Of a stretch of DNA of 50,106 bases, positions 1 to 8,549 are shown in pieces; within the stretch, counting starts at the first letter, position 1; the number at the start of each line of letters is the position of its first letter. The translations under genes were made by a program, and so were the position numbers. Origin of the DNA: Myxococcales bacterium (GTDB lineage: Bacteria; Myxococcota_A; UBA9042; JABWCM01; BTVJ01). The DNA lies in assembly GCA_045863395.1 (NCBI GenBank), contig BTVJ01000054.1, positions 1 to 50,106 on the forward strand, written 5' to 3'. The notes under the pieces are model-generated. The model searched no databases, was not told the origin of the DNA, and was given only the letters and a program-made list of their open reading frames with translations.

Positions 1-217
1 GCGGACTCCGTGCAGCAGTCGCCCGGGGTGCCTCCTCCGCAGGTCCCACAGCCGAAGCCGTCGACCTCCGAGACGCAGAGGTCGTCCCAGGCGGTGTCGC
101 AGCAGTACCCGTCGAGTGCGCAGACGCATGCCTCCACGGCAGCGTCGCTGCACCCGGGCACAGCGGACTCCGTGCAGCAGTCGCCCGGGGTGCCTCCTCC
201 GCAGGTCCCACAGCCGA
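1..217. repeat. Intragenic direct repeat: identical 55-bp copies at 1-55 and 163-217 (162-bp / 54-aa period)
   Basis: gcggactccgtgcagcagtcgcccggggtgcctcctccgcaggtcccacagccga occurs twice exactly. Confidence 0.92.
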
Positions 218-2216
218 GCTCGTCCACTTCGGTCACGCAGATGTCGTCCCAGGCCGTGTCGCAGCAGTACGGGTCGGTAGCGCAGACGCACCCCTCGATG
301 ACCGGGTCCGTGCAGCCCGCCCCGTCACCGGGCTGGCAGCAATCGCCAGGAGGGGTCTCGCAGCCGGTGTAGCCGCACTCCGTGGTGCACTCGCCGACGC
401 ACTGGGCGTCCCAAGCGGAGTCGCAGCAGAAGGGATCGAGAGCGCACACGCACGCCTCGCAGGCGCAGCCCCCACAGCCGGGCTCGTCCGAAGTGACGCA
501 CGGGTCGCCGCAGGTGTTGGGTCCCGCGACGCACACCCCGCCGAGGCAGGCGTCCCCCGTCGTGCAGGGGTCACCGTCGTCGCACGGTGCGGCGTTTCCG
601 GTTGCCGTGCAGCCGCTTGCCGGGACACATGCGTCATCCGTACAGGGGTTCCCGTCGTCGCACGGAGTCGCCGCCCCACCGACGCACACGCCCCCGTCGC
701 AGAGGTCTCCCGTCGTGCAGGCGTCCCCGTCGTCGCACGCCGCGGCGTTCGCCGACGCCACGCAGCCGGCCACCGGGTCGCACGAGTCATCGGTGCACGG
801 GTTGCCGTCATCGCATAGCGCGGCTCCGCCCCCCGCGCACGAGCCACCTGCGCAGGCGTCGTTCGTCGTGCATGGGTCGCCGTCGTCACAGGCCGCCGTG
901 TTGTTCTCTGCCGTGCAGCCCGTCACTGGGCTGCACCCGTTCGTCGTACAGGGGTTCCCATCTTCGCACGCCAGCGCCGGTCCCCCCTTGCAGACACCGT
1001 CCGCGCATGCGTCGCCGGTCGTGCAGGCGTTGCCGTCGTCACACGACGCCGCGTTGGCCGTGTGAGAGCAGCCAGCCGCAACGTCGCACGCATCATCGGT
1101 GCAGGGGTTGCCGTCGCTGCACCCGTTCGCGGCGCCGACGCACACGCCCCCTGTGCACTTGTCTGCGAGCGTGCAGGCGCTGCCGTCATTGCATGCCGCG
1201 CCCTCCGACTTTGGAGCGATCTGGCAGGCTCCGCTCACGGGGTTGCACGTGTTGGACGTGCACGGGTCCGTGGACGCCTCACAGGTCACGATGGTCGCGG
1301 GGTCTACGATGCACGCGTTGCCCTGGCAGATCAGAACGCCGTTGCAGGCGTTGCCGTCATCGTATGGTGAGCAGTCCGCGGTCACGGCGCAGTCGCACTT
1401 GTTCGGTCCCGCCGCGCACAGCCCCGCCTGACAGGTGTCGCCTTGGGTACAGGGGTTGCCGTCGCTGCAGCTTCCCCCGTCTGGAGTCGCCTTCACGGAG
1501 CAGGTGCCGCTGGTCGGCTCGCACGTGGACTTGGCGCACGCACCATCCGCCGACGGATCGCACGTGACCACGGTCGCGGGGTCGACCCGGCACGAGCCGT
1601 CGTCGCACATCAGCGTGCCATTGCAGAGGTCGCCGTCCTCGAAGGCGCCGCAGTCCGCGTCCACCCCGCAAGGGCAGCCGCCAGGGGTGCCCGCGCAGAT
1701 GCCGTTGGTGCACGCGTCACCCGTGGTGCACGGGTCACCGTCGTCGCACGGTCCGGTCAGCGTCGTGTAGGAGCAGCCCGACGAGGGGTCGCACGTGCCC
1801 TGGAGGCAGGGGTCGTCGTCGGCGCACGTCACGGCGCGGCCAGTACCTCCGTCGCACGCTCCGTCGAGGCAGGACGTGTCCTCCGTGCACGCATCCCCGT
1901 CGTCGCAGGGCGTGAAGTTCTTCACCTGGCCCTTGACGCAGACCCCTTTCGCCGTGTCGCAAGCGGCGATCTCGCAGGGGCCGAGCCCTGACAGCACGCC
2001 CGCGCAGTCCGCATTGGTGAGGCACGTCGGGGTGCTCGTGTCGGCGCCCACGTCAGCCGCAGCGTCGTCAGCGCCGGTGTCGCCGCCCGCGTCAGCGTCT
2101 GCCACCGTACCGTCACTGCCCCCATTGTAGGGTCCCGTCTCCGGGCACCCGCTCAACGCAAGCGCCATGGTCAATCCAGCGGCACCGACCCAGCGGGCCA
2201 GGCGTCTGCGCATCAT
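1..2216 (-). CDS. Cysteine-rich repeat lipoprotein, 3' end truncated by window edge (>738 codons)
   Basis: Absent from the ORF track because it is open at the edge; translated manually. GGAGGA RBS at 2222-2227, then MMRRRLARWVGAAGLTMALALSG-C (lipobox), a D/A/G linker, many CDDGNPCTxDxC repeats, and 54-aa CVCxxDxxCCDxAWDxxCV repeats. Plus-strand ORFs such as SPVVQGSPSSH are its antisense shadows. Confidence 0.88.
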   Translation of the reverse strand, partial: MMRRRLARWVGAAGLTMALALSGCPETGPYNGGSDGTVADADAGGDTGADDAAADVGADTSTPTCLTNADCAGVLSGLGPCEIAACDTAKGVCVKGQVKNFTPCDDGDACTEDTSCLDGACDGGTGRAVTCADDDPCLQGTCDPSSGCSYTTLTGPCDDGDPCTTGDACTNGICAGTPGGCPCGVDADCGAFEDGDLCNGTLMCDDGSCRVDPATVVTCDPSADGACAKSTCEPTSGTCSVKATPDGGSCSDGNPCTQGDTCQAGLCAAGPNKCDCAVTADCSPYDDGNACNGVLICQGNACIVDPATIVTCEASTDPCTSNTCNPVSGACQIAPKSEGAACNDGSACTLADKCTGGVCVGAANGCSDGNPCTDDACDVAAGCSHTANAASCDDGNACTTGDACADGVCKGGPALACEDGNPCTTNGCSPVTGCTAENNTAACDDGDPCTTNDACAGGSCAGGGAALCDDGNPCTDDSCDPVAGCVASANAAACDDGDACTTGDLCDGGVCVGGAATPCDDGNPCTDDACVPASGCTATGNAAPCDDGDPCTTGDACLGGVCVAGPNTCGDPCVTSDEPGCGGCACEACVCALDPFCCDSAWDAQCVGECTTECGYTGCETPPGDCCQPGDGAGCTDPVIEGCVCATDPYCCDTAWDDICVTEVDELGCGTCGGGTPGDCCTESAVPGCSDAAVEACVCALDGYCCDTAWDDLCVSEVDGFGCGTCGGGTPGDCCTES

Positions 2217-2341
2217 GTGAGTCCTCCATCGGCGTCGTCGTGGACTGCCTGTGGTTTCGCGTCCGTCTGTGTTGGGCATTCCGACTTGCGAGCGCCTCGG
2301 CGAGCCTGCCAGCGTCGCCTTGGCTTTGACCGCGTGTCTTC

Positions 2342-2370
2342 ATTCTGTGGCTCACGGCCGACCCTGTCAA
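2342..2370 (-). promoter_or_regulatory. Putative sigma70 promoter for the Cys-rich lipoprotein gene
   Basis: Minus strand TTGACA-17 nt-CAGAAT in the intergenic gap. Confidence 0.55.
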
Positions 2371-2478
2371 ACCGACTCCGGCGAGGCGCATCCCCGTTCG
2401 GCGCGCCCCGGGCACACGGTCTCACCCCGACGCATGGACGCCGCCGCGCGTTGGCGCCGTGCGTGAAGTCTCCACACG

Positions 2479-3654
2479 TCAGTCGAAGGTGTCCGCCGGC
2501 TCCGTGCTCCCGCCGCCCTCTCGCGCCGACCACCAGAGGGCGGCCCCGGCCCCTCCCAGCACGGGCAGCATCAGGGACCCGACGCTGGCAGGGTTGCTCA
2601 GCTCCATGTCGACGGTCGAGCCCTTGCCGCCCACCTTCACCGTTGCCCTTCCGCCAAACCGGGCCTTCACCCACTGGCCGAGCTCCTCCATCGCGGCCTC
2701 ATCGGTCAGCGCGTCACGGAGCAGCGGGTCCAGCTCTCCGTCGGGGAGCAGAGGGGCGATGCCCAGCAGGCCGTGGACCAGCGCGTCCGTCGCGGCGTCC
2801 ACCATCGACAGGATCGCTGCCGATGCCCGGAGCAGGTGCCCCACCCGGCGCCCCGCCGCCGGAGACGACGTGGTCACGCGGAGGTGGGCGCCTGAGCTGT
2901 CCACGGTGTAGACCAGGTGACTGATGCCTGAGAGCAGGTCGGCCGCGGCGCGCATGGACGGGCTCTCCCCCAGGCCTTCGACGGCCCAAGGCGGCGCCGC
3001 GAGGTAGATGAAGCCGCGAGTCCCCTTGCGGACCGAGGAGGCCAGCCGACCGTTCGCCCGCTTCGGATCCGCCTTCGACGGCTTGCGGGCCACGCTTTGG
3101 TGCACGGCCTCCCGCGGCCCGACGACCAACGTCGTGGAGTCCAGCAGCGCGACCACGTGGTCGGCAAGCTCCGGGGCATCGGGGATCGGGTACAGCCGGA
3201 CGCCGCCGTAGGTGGAGTCCGCGGAGCCAAGCGCCTCGTCGATGCGCGTCGCGGCCAGGTTGCCACGAGCCCGGAGGAGCATGCGCACCTCATCGGCGCT
3301 CGGGAACTCGAAGCTCAGCGTCACGCTGCCCACGTCCCGGCGAAGGTCGACGCCGAGCTCCGTGGCGAGCTGCGCCAGCGCGACGCCGAGCATCGCGCGT
3401 CCGGCCACCACGCCTTCCCGGAGCTCCTTGTCCCGCGTGACCACCTTGAGCCCCTCCACCTCGCGCAGCAGCCCGTCCAGGGCCGCCATGGCACCCTGGA
3501 CGTTGCCGTGGACGGCAACGTGGGCGCCCGGAAGGATCCCGCGAGCGGCCTCCTCCGCCGTGTCGTGGGGCGCGGTCAGCGCGCCGTCGCTGCCGGAGCC
3601 GAACGCGCCGAGCAGCCCGAGGATCATCACGAGTCCCGCCACTGCGCTGGTCAT
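2479..3654 (-). CDS. Hypothetical exported/membrane protein (391 aa)
   Basis: GGAGGA RBS 5 nt before ATG 3654. N-terminal hydrophobic segment ([16 protein letters not shown]) and C-terminal hydrophobic segment. No family recognised. Confidence 0.7.
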   Translation of the reverse strand: MTSAVAGLVMILGLLGAFGSGSDGALTAPHDTAEEAARGILPGAHVAVHGNVQGAMAALDGLLREVEGLKVVTRDKELREGVVAGRAMLGVALAQLATELGVDLRRDVGSVTLSFEFPSADEVRMLLRARGNLAATRIDEALGSADSTYGGVRLYPIPDAPELADHVVALLDSTTLVVGPREAVHQSVARKPSKADPKRANGRLASSVRKGTRGFIYLAAPPWAVEGLGESPSMRAAADLLSGISHLVYTVDSSGAHLRVTTSSPAAGRRVGHLLRASAAILSMVDAATDALVHGLLGIAPLLPDGELDPLLRDALTDEAAMEELGQWVKARFGGRATVKVGGKGSTVDMELSNPASVGSLMLPVLGGAGAALWWSAREGGGSTEPADTFD

Positions 3655-3787
3655 CACAGTCCTCCATGGGCGCGAGGGTAGGTCCACATCGGCTGGCCTT
3701 CACCCAGGCGTCGGGCCCCCGCCTTGCGGCCCTGCCCGCACGCTGCTAATACCGCCTCCAGGACCTGAACCGCCCGAGGAGCCTACC

Positions 3788-5437
3788 ATGGATCCCCTGA
3801 CAAAGTGCCCCGCCTGGCGCTCACTTGCCGCGCACCACCTCTCGGTCGCCCCCCTCCACATGCGCGACCTGTTCCGCGACGACCCAGGCCGCTTCTCCCG
3901 GTTCTCTCGGCAGGTGGGAGAGCTGCTCGTCGACTGGTCCAAGCACCGGATCACGGAAGAGACCATGCGGCTGCTGGTGGCGCTCGCCCTCGAGCGGGGC
4001 GTCGAGGCCCGGCGGGACGCCATGTTCCGAGGCGAGCGGATCAACACGACCGAGGACCGCGCCGTCCTCCATGTCGCGCTCCGGAACCGCTCCGGGCGCC
4101 CGATCCTCCTCGACGGTGTCGACGTCATGCCCCTCGTGCAGGCTGAGCTCGAGCGGGTGCGCGCCCTGTCCGATGCGGTCCGCTCCGGCGCCTGGACGGG
4201 GCACACCGGCGCCCGGATCTCGGACGTGGTCAACATCGGCATCGGCGGCAGCGATCTGGGCCCGGTGATGGTCACCGAGGCGCTCCGCCCCTACTGGAAG
4301 CCCGGCCTCCGCGTGCACTTCGTGTCCAACGTGGACGGCGCCCACCTGGCCGACACGCTCGCCCCCTTGATGCCCGCGACCACCCTGTTCCTGGTCGCCT
4401 CCAAGACCTTCACGACCCAGGAGACGCTGACCAACGCCCGCTCTGCCCGCGCGTGGCTCACCGCAGCGCATGGCGAGGCGGCGGTCGCCCGCCACTTCGT
4501 CGCGTTGTCGACCAACGAACGCGAGGTGCGCGCCTTCGGCATCGACCCGGCAAACATGCTCGGCTTCTGGGACTGGGTCGGGGGGCGCTACTCCCTCTGG
4601 TCCGCCATCGGCGCGTCCATCGCCATCGCCGTCGGCTACGAGCGCTTCGAGGAGCTGCTTGACGGCGCCCACGCCATGGACGAGCACTTCCGCACCGCCC
4701 CCGCCGAGGACAACCTCCCCGTGATCCTCGCCCTGCTCGGCGTGTGGTACGGAGGCTTCTTCGGCGCGACCGCCCACGCCGTCCTCCCCTACGACCAGCA
4801 CCTCCACCGCCTCCCGGCCTACCTGCAGCAGGCGGACATGGAGAGCAACGGCAAGGGCGTGGGCCTCGACGGCGCTCCCGTGCAGTGGCAGACCGGCCCC
4901 GTGGTGTTTGGTGAGCCAGGGACCAACGGGCAGCACTCCTTCTACCAGCTCCTCCACCAGGGAACCCATCTCATCCCGTGCGACTTCATCGCGCCGGCGA
5001 CCTCCCACCACGCGCAGGGCGACCACCACCGCGTGCTCCTGTCGCACTTCCTGGCGCAGACCGAGGCGCTCATGCGGGGCAAGACCGAGGAGGAGGTGCG
5101 CGCGGAGCTCGCGGCCAGCGGTCTGGGTGGAGCGGCCCTCGACGCGCTCGTCCCGCACAAGGTCTTCCCGGGCAACCGCCCGACCACCTCGATCCTCTTT
5201 CGGACCCTGGACCCGCGCACGCTCGGCATGCTCGTGGCCCTGTACGAGCACCGCATCTTCGTCCAGGGCGCCGTCTGGGGCGTGAACCCCTACGACCAGT
5301 GGGGAGTTGAGCTCGGCAAGCAGCTCGCCGGTCGCATCCTCCCGGAGCTGGCGGACGACGCCCCGGCTGCGGCGCACGACTCCTCCACGAGCGGCCTCAT
5401 CGGAGCCATCCGCACCCTCCGGGCAGAGCCACGGTAA
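3788..5437 (+). CDS. pgi: Glucose-6-phosphate isomerase (549 aa)
   Basis: Motifs [75 protein letters not shown] before ATG 3788; the ORF-track extension from 3212 is spurious. Confidence 0.97.
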   Translation: MDPLTKCPAWRSLAAHHLSVAPLHMRDLFRDDPGRFSRFSRQVGELLVDWSKHRITEETMRLLVALALERGVEARRDAMFRGERINTTEDRAVLHVALRNRSGRPILLDGVDVMPLVQAELERVRALSDAVRSGAWTGHTGARISDVVNIGIGGSDLGPVMVTEALRPYWKPGLRVHFVSNVDGAHLADTLAPLMPATTLFLVASKTFTTQETLTNARSARAWLTAAHGEAAVARHFVALSTNEREVRAFGIDPANMLGFWDWVGGRYSLWSAIGASIAIAVGYERFEELLDGAHAMDEHFRTAPAEDNLPVILALLGVWYGGFFGATAHAVLPYDQHLHRLPAYLQQADMESNGKGVGLDGAPVQWQTGPVVFGEPGTNGQHSFYQLLHQGTHLIPCDFIAPATSHHAQGDHHRVLLSHFLAQTEALMRGKTEEEVRAELAASGLGGAALDALVPHKVFPGNRPTTSILFRTLDPRTLGMLVALYEHRIFVQGAVWGVNPYDQWGVELGKQLAGRILPELADDAPAAAHDSSTSGLIGAIRTLRAEPR

Positions 5438-5624
5438 CCGTGCTGACGCTTGGGCGCCCCCTCGGGGCGCGCCGGAGTTTCTCGTCCGTCCAAAACGATG
5501 TATGGTTGCCGTGGAGTGAGGCGCCACGCGGCGCCTGAATTCAGAGCGGCGAGGCTCGTCCACGGCGGCGCTCGGCGGCCGGCCGGGCCATCCGGTTCAT
5601 GTCCGTTCTGCTGGGAGGTGCTCG

Positions 5625-6065
5625 ATGTTCGCAAGAGTCTTCACGCATGTCATGCTCGCGGCGGGGATCCTCCTCGTCGCCCCTGCTGCTCACGCCCAGG
5701 ACGCCCCCGACGAGGCGACGGTCCCCGGCGAGCTCAACGTCAAGATGAACGCGGAGTATGCGCGGCTCACCGTGGACGGAGAGGAGTGGTCCGAGCACGA
5801 GTTCAGCGGCGATGGCCGCACCATCTACATCAAGGAGCTCGACCGCACCAAGGACCACACCATCAAGCTGACGCCGACGGTCGGGGGCCTCGCCCCCATC
5901 GAGTTCGTCATCTCCGGGAAGGACTTCAAGAAGGCGCGCCAGAAGGACAAGACGTACCACTTCGTCGCGAGCCGCACCATCAAGTTCGAGAAGGCGACGG
6001 TTGCGCCGGCTCCGACGCCGGCTCCGGCTCCTGCCCCCGAAGAGGGCTCAGAGCCTCTGGACTGA
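5625..6065 (+). CDS. Small secreted protein, PEGA-like beta domain with Pro/Ala tail (146 aa)
   Basis: GGAGG RBS. Sec signal ending AHA-Q. GELNVK...ARLTVDGEEW resembles a PEGA domain start. Confidence 0.75.
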   Translation: MFARVFTHVMLAAGILLVAPAAHAQDAPDEATVPGELNVKMNAEYARLTVDGEEWSEHEFSGDGRTIYIKELDRTKDHTIKLTPTVGGLAPIEFVISGKDFKKARQKDKTYHFVASRTIKFEKATVAPAPTPAPAPAPEEGSEPLD

Positions 6066-6111
6066 CGATCCTCTGGCGGGGCTCCTGCGGCTGCCGCGGG
6101 TGGAAGAGGCG

Positions 6112-7326
6112 ATGACGAGCTCGGAGCCGAGGCGCCTGTGTCCGAGCTGCCTCGTGACGTCGAGCGAGGAAGCCTGCCCCGAGTGCGGCGTCTCCACCAT
6201 CGACGAAGACACCTTCGCCTTCGCCGACCCTCTGACAGGCCAGACCTACGCCGGGCGCTTCAGCGTGCTCTCGCGGATCGGCATCGGCGGGATGGGTGTC
6301 GTCTACAAGGCCCACGAGGACGCGCTCGGGCGTGACGTTGCGCTCAAGGTCCTGCGCCGGGAGCTGGCGCGCGACCTGCCGACCGTCCAGCGCTTCTACC
6401 GCGAGATGCGGGCCACGTCGCGCATCTCCCACCCGAACACCGTCCGCGTCTACGACTTCGGCCATGGCTCGGACGGGTCTCTCTACCTGTCCATGGAGCT
6501 GCTCCAGGGTGTGACGCTGGCCGAGGAGCTTGGGCGCTGCGGTCGGCTCCCTGCGGCGCGGGTCGTGCGCATCGCCATCCAGGTCGCCAAGGCGCTCCGC
6601 GCCGCCCACGCCGAGGGCATCATCCACCGGGACCTCAAGCCCGAGAATGTGATGATCGTCGACCACTACGGGGAGACGGACAGCGTCAAGGTCCTCGACT
6701 TCGGCATCGCCCGATTCGCCGACCCGTCGAGCGCCACCGAGGAGCGGACCCTCACGCGCACGGGGCTCGTCGTGGGGACGCCCGCCTACGTGTCGCCCGA
6801 GGCGGCGACTGGCGGCAAGGCGGACGAGCGCGCGGACCTCTACTCGCTGGGCATCCTGATCTATCACCTGCTGGTCGGAGAGCTGCCTTTCGACGACTCG
6901 AACCCGATCAGCGTGCTGTACAAGCACGTGCACGAGGCGCCGGTGCGCCCCACCCAGCGCGGAGTGCAGGGGGTCCCTGAGGCCCTCGAGGGGCTGCTGA
7001 TGGCCCTGCTCTCGAAGCGCCCGGGGGATCGGCCGCCGTCCGCGGACGCGTTGGTCACGTTGCTCTCGGTGAGCTTGTCGTCGGCGGCAAACCTGGTGCC
7101 GCCCCGCGCCGACACGCCGCCCCGCCGCGACACGGTGCCGAGCATGAGGGCCGTGGGCGGCCGGCGCGTGGTCCCAGACCGGCGAGGAGGAGAGAGGCGG
7201 GGCAGGCGCGCCTCGATCCTCGCCCGGCTCGACCCGAGCGGAGAGCGTCGACGCGCGCTCCTCTGGGCCATGGTCGGAGCTGCCGGTGCCGCCGCGGTCG
7301 CGGTGGCGCTCAACGTCTTCGGCTGA
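6112..7326 (+). CDS. Hanks-type Ser/Thr protein kinase with N-terminal CxxC..CxxC zinc ribbon and C-terminal TM (404 aa)
   Basis: IGIGGMGVVY, VALK, HRDLKPEN, KVLDFG, GTPAYVSPE, DLYSLG. CPSC...CPEC at the N-terminus and ALLWAMVGAAGAAAVAVALNVFG at the C-terminus. Confidence 0.93.
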   Translation: MTSSEPRRLCPSCLVTSSEEACPECGVSTIDEDTFAFADPLTGQTYAGRFSVLSRIGIGGMGVVYKAHEDALGRDVALKVLRRELARDLPTVQRFYREMRATSRISHPNTVRVYDFGHGSDGSLYLSMELLQGVTLAEELGRCGRLPAARVVRIAIQVAKALRAAHAEGIIHRDLKPENVMIVDHYGETDSVKVLDFGIARFADPSSATEERTLTRTGLVVGTPAYVSPEAATGGKADERADLYSLGILIYHLLVGELPFDDSNPISVLYKHVHEAPVRPTQRGVQGVPEALEGLLMALLSKRPGDRPPSADALVTLLSVSLSSAANLVPPRADTPPRRDTVPSMRAVGGRRVVPDRRGGERRGRRASILARLDPSGERRRALLWAMVGAAGAAAVAVALNVFG

Positions 7327-7387
7327 GACGGCGGCGCGGACACGCACTCCGGGCAGAGCCCCGGCGCGGCACCCCGCCTGAGGAGGG

Positions 7388-7675
7388 CTACCCGCGGCCG
7401 CTGCTGGCGCGCTTCGAGGCCTTGAGGGGGTTGACCGGCTTGTGCTCTTGGGGCTTGGCCATCTCGATGTGCGTGGCGAAGTTGCAGGTGCCGAAGGCCC
7501 ACTTCGCGCTCGGGTCCGCGTAGGTCACGCAGTACTTGCCGGTGGGGCGCTCGGTGACGCGGTTGCACCCGTTGCACTGCTCCACGATCTGGTTGCAGGC
7601 ACCACCCGTGAAGGTGCACCCGCGGGGAGCCATGAAGCTGCACTCGAGGCCATTCTTGATCGTTGTGCACTGCAT
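7388..7675 (-). CDS. PxxKW-family cysteine-rich small protein (95 aa)
   Basis: 8 Cys, a PSAKW motif, CNFATH and a C-terminal NPLKASKR, matching the deltaproteobacterial PxxKW family pattern as I recall it. Confidence 0.82.
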   Translation of the reverse strand: MQCTTIKNGLECSFMAPRGCTFTGGACNQIVEQCNGCNRVTERPTGKYCVTYADPSAKWAFGTCNFATHIEMAKPQEHKPVNPLKASKRASSGRG

Positions 7676-7745
7676 CTCTGTTCAACCATCCTTGGGGGTG
7701 CGACGGCGTTCCCCCGCCGCGCGCGTGTCCGAAAAGCAGCGCGGA

Positions 7746-7773
7746 ACTATACGGTTGTCGGCCTTGGAGTCAA
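7746..7773 (-). promoter_or_regulatory. Putative sigma70 promoter for the PxxKW gene
   Basis: Minus strand TTGACT-16 nt-TATAGT. Confidence 0.55.
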
Positions 7774-7789
7774 CCCGAAAGTTGTGCCC

Positions 7790-8494
7790 CTACTCCGACG
7801 TGGCGTCGGCGATGCGCTTGTAGACCACCGCGTAGTAGCGGGAGGCCACGTGGCTGAAGAGGCGGTCCTGGTCGAGGTCGTCGATGTGCTCGAAGTGGAC
7901 CGCGACGTGGAACCCGTCGCCATCCGGCTTGATCCGCACCACCCGGCCGATGGTCGCGATGACGCCGTCGTCCCTGCGGCTGGGGATCCGGAGGCGAACG
8001 TCGAGCAGGTCGCCCTTGCTGACGAGTCGATCCCAGGGGAACGCCGCTCCGTTGCCCGAGAGGTCGACGGTCTGGGTCCGCCACGCCGTGTCGCCCGTTG
8101 CGACGGGGTGGGCCTCCTGCTCCTTGGCGGCGTCCTCCGTCGTGCGAGCCTGCAGCACGTCGACGAACAGGGGGACCTCCGTGTCGGCTCGGATGAAGTC
8201 CCTGCGCTCCCCTGCGGTGGGCGCGCCCGCGGTCTCGATCTCGACCTGCCCTGCGACGGGCGCCGCGGAGATGCGGCCCTTGAGCCGCAGGATCGCCTCC
8301 GCGCCCGCGTAGATGAGCGTCACCGGGGCGCCGACCGCAAGCGCCGGCGTCTCTGCGGGCGCGAGGTCGAGCGCCAGCAGCACGCCGTCCGGGGTGACCG
8401 TCTCGGCGTGCGCTGGTAGCAGGTGCACTTCGCCGCCGTAGACGGCGATGCACGTAAGGTCCTGGCCCGCCTGGGGGAGCTTGTAATCCGTCAT
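7790..8494 (-). CDS. PilZ-domain c-di-GMP receptor, YcgR-like two-domain layout (~234 aa)
   Basis: RxxxR switch (ERRDFIR) and DxSxxG (DLSGNG), followed by GRVVR...AVHF. Start uncertain (8494, 8503 or 8545). Confidence 0.85.
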   Translation of the reverse strand: MTDYKLPQAGQDLTCIAVYGGEVHLLPAHAETVTPDGVLLALDLAPAETPALAVGAPVTLIYAGAEAILRLKGRISAAPVAGQVEIETAGAPTAGERRDFIRADTEVPLFVDVLQARTTEDAAKEQEAHPVATGDTAWRTQTVDLSGNGAAFPWDRLVSKGDLLDVRLRIPSRRDDGVIATIGRVVRIKPDGDGFHVAVHFEHIDDLDQDRLFSHVASRYYAVVYKRIADATSE

Positions 8495-8549
8495 GGGTCC
8501 CATCCAACCTTGATGGAGATCCGCCCCGCGGGGCGGCATCTGCACGCCG

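Noticed and set aside
3212..3787. N-terminal extensions of ORF-track calls (pgi from 3212; similarly 13833, 27484, 44021)
   Set aside because: They overlap neighbouring genes or regulatory DNA. RBS, signal peptides and family N-termini point to later starts.
5452..5473. GC hairpin after pgi as a terminator
   Set aside because: No U-tract follows, and such hairpins are expected by chance at this GC content.
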